Source of the DNA: Trichoplax adhaerens
Taxonomy: Eukaryota; Animalia; Placozoa
DNA length: 64,000 nucleotides
Direction of reading: 5' to 3'
Assembly (NCBI RefSeq): GCF_000150275.1
Contig: NW_002060944.1
Location: forward strand, 1,536,911-1,600,910
The position numbers and the translations under genes are program-made. Below, in pieces: positions 1 to 10,661 of the stretch (position 1 is its first letter; each line of letters opens with the position of its first letter). The notes under the pieces were generated by a model. It was not told the origin of the DNA and searched no databases. It saw nothing but the letters and a program-made list of their open reading frames with translations.

Positions 1-1489
1 TTTTTTAAGTCTTTAATATCATCTTAAATTCGTGAAACGAACGTAAGACTCAATAAGGGAAACTCTTACTGTGAAAACGATACCACCCCAATACAAAGCT
101 GACTCAAATGGCGATTGATTTAGAATTAAAAGTATAAATTAAAACTTTTCACTGCCAGTAACCAATAGACAAAGTGTATGAGTATCCGCAGTTGCGATAT
201 TTGCAGGTATTAGTACTTTTGTTACTTTCCTTGTACTTTCTTAGAACTAGTTTGGTATGGCGTAATTTTAACCTGCACTTTTTTTACGACTAGAGTTCAT
301 ATTAAAAGAAAATTCTAATTATTTAAACTTCCTTTTTCGGTAATTATATGGATGAGAATCAAAATAAAATTTAACGGGAAAGAATAAAAAGTTATTGGTT
401 GAAAAGCTAGCAAAATTTTCAATTCGAGACGTAAACGACAATATCCAACAGTAAGGATCGATTCTTAAGCTAAATATGTACGTATCTCGAAGCTCTGCTA
501 GAAAGTCATATTGTGTCAGAATGTTGAAACGTAGCTGTAATTCTTCGAAGACAGTCGAAAAATATGGGATTCTGAGTACTCTATACGTCTCACTGACTTT
601 CTCAATTAGATTCGACTGTGTCTAACAGACATTGCAAGTAGCTAGATATGCAGAGAAATAATTTGCATAGAAAAGTACGTTATCACATAGAGCTAGATTC
701 TATTCCTAAACTTTTATGATAGCGTAACATACTTCCATACATATATTATCTATATCTAACAATTTTTTTCTAAATCAAACTACATTTTGATTGTATAAAA
801 GAAATAATTCAATCTAGAAGCGATACACTATGATCGCTCTTTCTCGTTATTAGCAGCTAGCTACCCAGCTATCGTGCAACCGGCTATGCCATATTACTGA
901 CTACAATAACAAAGACTACTATTTTGGTACGCTATCCTACGCAATTCATTGCTGATTAACCCACAATTTACAAATATCACATATTTACATCGGAGGGTAA
1001 GAAAAAACTACAAGGCAATTAATACTACTTCTACAAGGTATCTTTACCGAGTTGAAGGAGTAGATGGGAGAATAAAAGAAAATTTTTTACTGTACGTGAA
1101 ATTAAGTAATATCCGTTAAATCCTTTCAAATCAGTATTACCTACAGGAAGATTTATCTTTGTGATTTACGGGTGAGTATGAAACAAAATGCCTTAGAATG
1201 AGCTCAGAAGGGAAATTGGACAGAATGTGTTACCGGTTAACATATTAACACGCTTTGCGGATAGGTAATAATATCTTAATAGGTAATTACAGCTATTGAT
1301 AGCCATGTTCAATTGCATATGTACTGAAATTGCCAAATCAAATCTAAGTTAAATCTACCCGTTTACAATCTTAGCGATGAATGCTATCACCTAACAAGGT
1401 CAACCTATGCCGTAGCTCAATGGAGTTAAATTTTTATGATGCTAAGAAGCCAAAGTTCTGTAAATTACATACACGTATAACACTCTTAC

Positions 1490-2879
1490 CAAGAGTAAAC
1501 TTATTTCCGTTGAATCGTTGTCCGGTAATGGAACATCCATAGCAAGGACGACGCAATTTGCCACTATTGTTAATATAACTAAATATTCGAAAGGAGTATA
1601 TCTGGAGTCAAGGAAACTTATTTAGAATCATAATGAAATACTAGCTAAAACCACGGCCAATAATGCCCTTTTTAAACTATGCTATTTGATTATTGCTGAT
1701 ACGAAGAAAGCGAAATAACGTAGCTGTTTATGTAACTTCTACAAGTACCACTACATGTGAAAGACTGAGCATTATGTGATATCTGTAAAAATTTAATAAT
1801 TGAAAATTATCATGGATCTTCGTGCGCTAATAATGATTACGCAATTACTAAGCTAGATAGTTATATATTAACTTATATACCTTATACAGAAACATAAAAC
1901 ATGATATTACGTAGTATATTGAGTAAATTACCGTACCTTCTTTAAAAATATTACAGCTAAAGTAAAATTAAATTGGGGTACTAACAAATAAAGTATTATT
2001 CTACAGTTACAGTAAATGTAGATTATATACATGTACTGTTAGAAGATTTTTTCATATATGAAAATATCGCTTTAAATGCATTCAACTATGAGAGCACGGA
2101 GCAAGCATCAAATTATATTCCATGTATTGTAATTTTCGATACTAGAAAGATAGCACAGAAACGTAAAGCAGAGAATGATTTGTAACTGATATAGTATAAC
2201 GCGTAATTAATCTTTCGATTTTTATGCGTATTATAGTGCTTGAGTATTACGGCACGCTACACAAGCTATCTAAATGTGTAAATTTCACTACAATGATTAT
2301 ATAATTGGGACCAAACAGAGTAATTTACTGAATCAAATTCGTATATTTTCATTAAAATGGAGTATAATCTATTAGTGAAAACTCCTATTGTAACTATTAT
2401 GGTTTTAAATGTTAGAACTAGAGAAAAAGGGATTACCGACAAATCAGGTGAACAAAATCAGTTAAAATTTAATTTATAAACTGTCCTATTAATGGAGACT
2501 TGAAAGCAGATTATAACAGTCACCCGTATTTGGTGTAATTCATGTTAAAATTTTACGTTAATACCATAGGCGAATACTCAACAATAAATCCAAGTCTATC
2601 ATCTGCTAAAGAATCATTAACATTAAATGTTAGTCTATAGAAAGGATATGTCCAATCGACCAATTTTTTGGCATATTTTCGAAGTAAATTGTTGGCCGGC
2701 AAACAACATAGCGATTTATCACGATCATATTGCCAAATTCGACGAAAATACGCTCGGATAATTCCTTGCTGTTTATTAGCGTTATTAGCAGCAATTTTTT
2801 CGTGTACCAGGTGACGCACGGTTTCAGATAAGTTATTCGTCTTTAGTGTTACCGATGAATTAAAACTGCTGCTCGCCAT
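1490..2879 (-). CDS. Voltage-gated calcium channel alpha-1 subunit, Cav2 (P/Q/N/R-type) family. First two coding exons only (2879..2650, 1595..1490); the gene continues past the left edge
   Basis: Spliced translation reads ...KSLCCLPANNLLRKYAKKLVDW-T-PFEYLVILTIVANCVVLAMDVPLPDNDSTEISLLL, matching the Cav2 N-terminus/IS1 ([42 protein letters not shown]). There is an in-frame stop upstream of ATG 2879, and exon 2 ends at a GTAAG donor. The 'RKYAKK..W.PFEY' pattern favours Cav2 over Cav1. Confidence 0.9.
1596..2649 (-). other. U12-type (minor spliceosome) AT-AC intron in the Cav2 gene
   Basis: The minus strand begins ATATCCTTT at 2649, has branch site TTTCCTTGAC at 1616..1607 and ends ...ATATAC at 1596. 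Removing it restores the frame W-T-PFEY. Confidence 0.92.
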
Positions 2880-4319
2880 ATTAGAGACGATTGAAGATGA
2901 TCGTCAAATTGACTAATGAAACATGGATCACTTAATTCAGTGGTAAAAAAATTAGCCAGCCCTCAACTACCAGCTTTTTACTTATTTCAATGTAGCTATA
3001 ATTGTTCAAACCACGATTTCTATCTAAATTATTTCAATTTATGATGTTTCGATCGCCAGATGAGTGTTATCGACGATACAGAAGTTAATCGCAATATCTA
3101 GGATCAAATTACGAATAGGTCTTGAATGAACAGCATCAACAAAATTACATTTCATCATTTACTATTAGGGTCATTCTTGTTTTGCCACAAATTACTGATG
3201 CTACTAAAGCCATTATTCTATAATGCCAATCTTGCAAGCCATTGGACTTTTTTCATAGCATTTCCATCTAACTTGATTGACATGAAATACTCTTGATGTT
3301 ATAAGCAGAATCGAATCTTTATATGGTTAAGGTCTCTATATCCTCCTGTTTTTCTTCAATGAAAATTGAAGATGGAATTTTAAATTAAAATGTTCAAATT
3401 GACACCAAGTTAATACTAATGCCGTTGTTCCACCAAGTCAGCAAAGTATAGAATGCGAAAGTTGACGTAAAATGAGAAGCCAGAGAAAGATCGTAGTATG
3501 TCGTCAATGAAGAAGACAAAGTTGATAGATACTAACAGTTAGTATGCCCACGAATGATTATGATAGTAACAAAAATTGTATAAAATCCTCTATTCTTCCT
3601 TCAATTTTTATCGACAGCTTGACAATAGATGATTATAATTACTTATTTGGTCTTGTATTTTTTTTTACTCCTTGCATACTGGTATTGGCAATATTCCTAT
3701 AAAAAATTGATCATTGTATACGATACGCTTACGCTGCATATCTTTTATCAATATATTTAACCAAGTATGCTATTGGTTGGTTCATTTTATCTAATTTATA
3801 AATTATACATGCATAGCACGCTATATAACTGTAAAATTGAATGCATACGTAAGGATATCAAAGCATTGTTTTCAATCTCATTTTTTATTTTATTGTTGTC
3901 GTTATTATCGTTGATTTTAATTTCTATGTTCCTTAGCTTTCACTATGCACATCGATTGGGACAATAAAAAGGATCAATTAGTGGAAAGTATCGCCTGATC
4001 TACGTCGAATTCTCAAGCACTAATAATATCATTAAAGGACCTGTATCAAAGTGAGAGGCCGGGAGAAAGAGGGATAGAACTAGACAAACGACTGCAGACT
4101 CCAATTTAGGTATATTGAATCAATGTCTTAATGAAACACCTGTCCTTTAACGAAGTCGATTTTAGTAGGACAAATAAGCAAAACAAATTGAAATTGAAAT
4201 GACAATAACAACCTTGGCAACAAAAGAAAATGTTGTCTAGCCTCAAGTCAAATAGTTGATGGAATACCATCCCAAGTATCCCTACAGTCGTGCTACGGTG
4301 TTTCCAGTTTTGAGAGCAC

Positions 4320-5131
4320 CGTTCTGTACGTTACTGTGCTGTACAGTACTGTACGTACACAAGTACTGTACTGTACTGTACAGTCCTGTATGCCAAGTTA
4401 TTGCCAACTACTGTACTGTACTGTACTGTACATCCCAAATTACAGGTTCCTACTGTACTGTACTGTACAGTACATGCGCAGAGCAGTGTTCATTCAGAAA
4501 CCATGGCGTCCAAGAGCCAGGAAGAACTTGCAGTAAGATTTCAAGATTTCTTACTGCGGTCCAGCTGTCCCGCAAAGATATGAGTCAAAACTATGTAAGG
4601 GTATTGCACGTCCAGTACACTGTATAGTACTATACTGTACAGTACGTATACAGTACAGTGTACTGTACAGCAGTACTGTATGCCAACTACTGTACTGTAC
4701 TGTACTGTACAGTACAGTACAGTACATCCCAAATTACTGGTTCTTACTGTACAGTACATGCGCAGAGCACTGTTCAGTCGGAAACCCTTGGCGTCCAAGA
4801 GCCAGGAAGAACTTGCACTAAGATTTCAAGATTTCTTACTGCGGTGCAGCTGTCCCGCAAAGATATACTGTACTGTACAGTGCATAGACAGTACTGTACA
4901 GTACAGTATATCTACAGTATGTACGGGCATTGTACAGTACTATACACTGTACAGTGTACAGTACGTAAAGATATAAGTCAAAACTATGTAAGGGTATCGT
5001 ACTGTACGTCCAGTACACAGTACAGTGTATCTTTGCGGGACAGCTGCACCGCAGTAAGAAATCTTGAAATCTTACTGCAAGTTCTTCCTGGCTCTTGGAC
5101 GCCATGGTTTCTGAATAAACACTGCTCTGTG
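4320..5131. repeat. CAGTA/TACTG palindromic pentamer array interleaved with three copies (two direct, one inverted) of a ~110-140 bp unit, in the Cav2/HAP40 divergent promoter
   Basis: The unit GGCGTCCAAGAGCCAGGAAGAACTTGCA.TAAGATTTCAAGATTTCTTACTGCGGT.CAGCTGTCCCGCAAAGATA occurs at ~4473-4610 (+), ~4757-4866 (+) and ~5027-5131 (-), separated by TACTG/CAGTA runs. Confidence 0.9.
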
Positions 5132-5188
5132 CATAATCCGTAGAAAATACGTTTCTTAACTCTAAATTCCATCTGACTCCTCTCGGAA

Positions 5189-8100
5189 ATGTCGATGAGT
5201 ATCGCTACTGCAGATGAATTCTTAACGCAATACAGAGCTATTTCAGCTAAACTGAAGAAGTAATGCATGTGATAGGCTAAGTTGATTTACAAGAATGACG
5301 TCCAAAGTTGCTTTCAGTAATTACTTTTCATTAACTGCAACTTATTATGTCACCTATAGGCGTTTCATGAGGAAGCCAAATGTATCTGAGGCAGTTGAAC
5401 AATTCAGTGAGTTTACAGTTCATGACTTAACCAATATGTATAAACTATGTTGTACTGGAACTACAAAGTATACATGCGTATTTTACGCGTACAATAGAAA
5501 TTTCGTTGAAAATTTCGACTTTGCTTTAAATGAAGCAAGCTAATGCTTTGTATCGATGCAATAGATGCTCTAGCCAACGATATGAAATTACAGAACAGTT
5601 ACCCTTATGCTGCTCTCTGCTACTTGGCTATTGCTCGGTAAGTATAGGAAGACACTCTTAGACCTATCCGATATATTATCATTACCTTGATGTTTTTGCT
5701 CAAATCCAATTTAAATTTAGTAAAGAGTTTATTTAATAACTTGCAATAGATGTGAATCAATGGCGAATTGTTTTACTGCAGAGGCTGAAGCTTTAGTCCA
5801 GGCGGGTTAGGAGAATATTTGCAAAACTATTTATTTATATACCCTATGACTACGAAAGATTCATTATAAGTGTACTACATTGTAAGAAATTACTACTGTA
5901 CATACTAAATTTCGGTTATAATGTTTATACGTTCGACTAAGAGTAGGTAATACCGTAACTATTAGAAATATCTCTGCGGTTTGCAGTTAAATATAATATA
6001 CTGTTAGCATGGCAGCTTACAAAATAAATTGTCTATCGATACTTCTCAAAGAGATAAAAATGTCGGCATATTGCCATCCAAGAACTTCAACAGTTTCATT
6101 GTTATCTGAATAATATTATGATAAATTACAGTATTTAAAATATAATTGAAACTGCGCGAAAGACGATAGCCTATATGCTATCCATAACATGAATGCATTA
6201 TACTCGTACTTTTTCTAGTGAACTACAGTACAACTTACCCAATCTAACAATGGCAATTAAATTTAGCATAGTTGTAGTTGCACTGTTACATATACCCTAG
6301 ACATGTAGAGCGAAATAAGATACTACTTTTGCATACTAGAAATCTTACCATTAGTTTTACGTTTTCTACTTCCTCGATTATCTAAAGCTATATACTGTAC
6401 ACTTTCCAATAGCTGCTATTGACTCAAGATCATGTACTCACATTTTGTAATTAATCTGTGCCCTGTCATACTTTAGCCCGAAATTATTTTGAAGCCGAGA
6501 TGGAGAATGCTAGAAAACAGTCTCCTACATTTTACGAGAATTGTGCTATGGCAACAAACTGCTATAATACTGCTATAAAGGTATCTTTGCAGTAGTAATT
6601 TTTGCTCTTATACTACTTGCAGCGTGCAAGTATTGTATATGACAACATAATAATAATGCATTATATGTGAATTTGATTAGTCTATATGATAATTTTAACC
6701 GTACAGATTTACTGCAAGAATGACCAAATTGCTTTGGCAGCTTTTTTATGTTTGGAGCTTGGTAAAGGTTTACAGGTGTGACAAAGTCAATTTTATGAGC
6801 GCTATCGTAAAATAACTCCCAAGAAGGATAATTTCGTTGTCAATATTATACTATATAACAGAAATTGAATAAATCAGTCGAAGCGATTGGTCACTATCAG
6901 AGAGCGGTTGAATTACAGCATCAAGTGGGTATTGTTTTACTGACCGGATTATAATTACATTACTAGCACAAATGCTCGTATATTTATTCTCAATTTCACT
7001 CGAACATAGAATCCGCTTGATGTTCTTACTTCGATGGACTATATTGCTTCTTGTCATATTGAAACAGGTAAGCGGATAAGTTTGCAGATGTTTTAAACTT
7101 CATAAAACTCTGATTCAGAGAAAAATTTCTCTATCGACTACAGGAGACTTTGACAACGCTTTAACCGTTTTGACTGAAATGTCTTATTTAGCGAAAGAAA
7201 GAGGAGGTACAACATTGTAATCAATTATAATTTTATAATCAAGGCGATAAATTGGAGGATATTGCTACAGTATCCAGCATTAATAACTATACTATCATTA
7301 AAAGCACATTTTACTCGCGACATTTTACTGTACTTCTAATATCTGATATGTTACTGTAAGTAATATACTAATGTAGTTTAATACTGTTATGCTGTCAGTA
7401 AATGAGTTCATTTTACAATCGCTTATGGTGGTCGTATTTTGTTCTAATAAGTTAATATGTAATGGAAAAGAGTTACATTTCTTTCGGTAAAATTTCATTC
7501 GAATTGTATTTGCCCACATTTTACTTTGACATCGCAATCACATTCTAAACCGCCAGGTAACTTGTTTGACTGATGATGCGACGCAGTGTCACCAAGGCCC
7601 CGATATTATTTAACATACAGTACTCGACTGTGTGTAACGCGCCGCATAGAGGGCTTAGCCGCGATCGCATGCAAATGGAAAACTTTACATTCAGTGCCCT
7701 TATGCTTGCGATGCTGATTTATAAACATCTTAGCATCGTAACTTACCAGTGCTTCTTATTAGGTGGTATATTACTCCTTCCGAGAAATTGAGATTAAAGC
7801 ACTTTGGCCTTCATAATTTCTTGAAATTCTAGATTTTTATAAAATAGCAATAGCCTGTGTACTCTAAACCCGTAAATTTTCGTTCGATCATGCTTTAGTA
7901 TAATGCAGATATCTCTTTTCATTGTTTTACTGTATACTATCACTGAAGCAGCACAGTAGAATTTTAACTTTGTAAGTAGAATCTCCGAACTGAATTCTCT
8001 CATATGATTGCCTCCTTCGTGAATTCTGTAATGCACAGTACTCTAGCATACCTTCTTTATCACCACACGATATTTCAGATTTTTATGCTACTAATCAGTA

Positions 8101-9149
8101 CTTATAATATGTTCGTATAGAATAGTCTTAGATCGCATGAGCATTGTCGTCTTTTTCAATATGAACCATCCTTAGATTCATAGGGATGGGAATAGATAAC
8201 TTATTGTAAATGTTTATAGATTACATAATTTAATTCATGACTAAAAGCCATAATTACTACATCTATTCTGATAGGTATCAAGCGTGGTACTGTTTCTCAA
8301 ATACCGGGTAAAGAAAACGATGAAATGATAGTATTAAGAGCTTATTAACATTTGCTATCTTATTACCTTGTTGATACTTTTATAACTTAAGAAAAGATTA
8401 TATTTTTCAATCATTATCATGTAAAGGTGCGTATAAAGACATCTTGGCCAGATGCGAAGTTTCTAGAGTTCTTATCTTGTTGTTGCTACAGGTATGTGCT
8501 ATATCTATGAACATATTTGGTGTGACAGGTATAATGACAGTTGTGTATTAATGCTACTATAATTTCTCTAGCCCACTCCACAAAGAATTCGGCCTGAACA
8601 TGCTAATGTTCTAGAAAGATATTCGTGGGAATCTAGTGATGAGTCCTTACAAGGTATTGCTCCACGTTAACCTGATCTGAAGAGCTTATTCTTAGTGATC
8701 GTAAAAGGATAGCCCAGTCAGCGAATCTAAACATTCAATTTCTTTGATTGTAAACATTATAGTCCCGTATTTAAAAGAGGATTTATTCTTACTACTTCAG
8801 TCACTGGTGGTATGTAATATATCTGTAACATACATAATATTAAATGCATAGGATGTGATAGACTTTGCTGTATTAGGTGTAAATTGTATAGTTGTGATTT
8901 TTACTCTACCGATAATTTCATATGCGTATATTTTACTTCTAAAGATGGCATACCAAGCTAATGATATTTTGGCTGTCCGAGAACTACAGAAGGATCTCAG
9001 GTACAAGCATTTCTATATCGGCATTTTTAGGGCCTTTTGTTGATTAACTCTTAATTTCTTACAACTTTAGTGCTTTACTGACTGATGAACAAACGCATTT
9101 ACTACACCTAATTATTATGGAAATATCCAATTCTAAATATGATATTTAA
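5189..9149 (+). CDS. F8A1: 40-kDa huntingtin-associated protein (HAP40 / factor VIII intron 22 protein), about 15 exons
   Basis: Stitched exons give [77 protein letters not shown] and MAYQANDILAVRELQKDLSALLTDEQTHLLHLII, matching human F8A1 ([43 protein letters not shown]). Introns are GT-AG and the stop is TAA 9147-9149. Confidence 0.93.
7563..7727 (+). ncRNA. Candidate intronic box C/D RNA in a HAP40 intron (tentative)
   Basis: TGATGA at 7571-7576, CTGA at 7714-7717, terminal TGTTT/AAACA complementarity, and a GC/CpG-rich body inside an AT-rich intron. No guide target was identified. Confidence 0.25.
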
Positions 9150-9837
9150 GCTAAATATCTACCGGTCCAACGGGTACTAATGTTGTAAATGAAGAAAGAT
9201 CCTATTTGAAGATTCATGCATTATTTAGTTGATGATTTTTCATCTTCCCTTCTAAATTAGACTAGCGCTGAGAATGATTTCAGGAAACAAGTATGCTGAA
9301 ATTGATGTAAATAATAACTTTATATCCTAAGTATATTGATAATATACTACAAATGCTCTCATTGCTTTCGCATTGACATAACCTGAATGTATTATACTAC
9401 AGACGCATGGATAAATTCATTTCATGTCGATATGCTATATAAAGACAATGAGTTTTGTATAGGTAACAATCCCTAATTAAGATATTGCTATTTTAATTTG
9501 AATGTGATACATGGATATAGTAAAACTTACTAGCGATAATTGCAATATTCGCAATCGCTTGATTAATAAATTAAATTTGGTAAATGGACGAATAAAACGA
9601 GTGCTATTTTTTTTTTTATTATTATCTAGCATGCATATAGACTACTGTAGTTATTATACAGTATATTATTTGTTTGATACTACAGGACTTTCAGAATTAC
9701 TATTTCCATGCCGATATGACACTGTTAATAATGAATGATATACTGTATAATTATATACAATTGACCTCGAAATGTCTGAACGAGCAAGTAGAAAGTACCT
9801 CAATCCTCAGTACAAGTAAACAAGCAGTAAAATAAAC

Positions 9838-9920
9838 ATTGCTGTACTGTACTGTACAGTACACACCATGACCATGACTTTGTACTGTACTGTACAGTAC
9901 TGTACACTGTGTACAGTATT
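9838..9920. repeat. CAGTA/TACTG palindromic pentamer array
   Basis: Runs such as TGTACTGTACTGTACAGTAC upstream of HGS. Confidence 0.85.
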
Positions 9921-10257
9921 CTATAATACATTACGTCATCCAGTGCGGTACTTAGACTTGACCTGCACTGACTTACTAAAGAAAGAAGACTTCTACATGC
10001 TGTAGAACTGAGAAAGCTTCGGTTCAAAAGTAAGAAAACAGGTACTATCTACGACCAGAATTGAAAGCTGACAAAATTTAAGAACAGTTCAGTGATACAA
10101 TCATGGATTAGTAACATACCGTAGTACTGTCGTTATTAGGGCCCTATCTTGATGATCCGTTCAATTATAACTGGTTGAAATGAGTAAAGACTATTTTTAG
10201 CCGCAGATAGTGGCCGTAATGCTTGTTGTCATTCGCCGGATGGTGCTAGGCCGTGCC

Positions 10258-10500
10258 ATACAGTACTCATATATTTGGCTAAATACAGTACAGTACTGTA
10301 CTGTACACCGTACAGTACAACTTTGTCATACAGTACATGATAGTCACAATCTGTGCACTGTACTGTACTGTCAATTTCTCAGGATCCGCGATACTGTACA
10401 ATACTGTACTGTACTGTATGAAAACAAAGGAATTACAGTACGTACTGTAGTGTACAATGTACAGTACAGTACAATACAGTGTAAAGTACAGTGCAGTAGC
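10258..10500. repeat. CAGTA/TACTG palindromic pentamer array just upstream of HGS
   Basis: Dense ACAGTACAGTACTGTACTGT runs ending about 160 bp before the HGS ATG. Confidence 0.88.
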
Positions 10501-10661
10501 AGTGACGAAAGCAAGCGATGAGTTAAAAATACTGCATTGATGTTTTTCGCTTGCAAGAGTCTGGATCCAAGTCAAGAAACTGAAAAATTCATTCTTCCTG
10601 ATATCACACTTTTCCCTTTGCATAGAATCGAAAATTAATTATAACGTAGTCCTAAAAGAAT

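Noticed and set aside
1189-1220. ATGCCTTAGAATGAG...AAGGGAAATT resembling the U12 snRNA 5' end
   Set aside because: It lacks the GTAAGGA branch-pairing sequence, the downstream stem-loops and an Sm site.
2553-2649. C-terminal part of the 108-aa ORF (TYPFYRLTFNV...)
   Set aside because: It is read-through into the AT-AC intron; the real frame continues at 1595.
4473-5131. Repeat-spacer-like pattern suggesting a CRISPR array
   Set aside because: The context is eukaryotic with no cas genes, the units exceed 100 bp with one inverted, and the spacers are microsatellite.
4256-5268. Overlapping ORFs rich in YCTVLYSTVQ (also at 9800-10623, 43766-44396 and 52840-53841)
   Set aside because: They are translations of the CAGTA/TACTG pentamer repeat, which is open in several frames on both strands and has no protein-like complexity.
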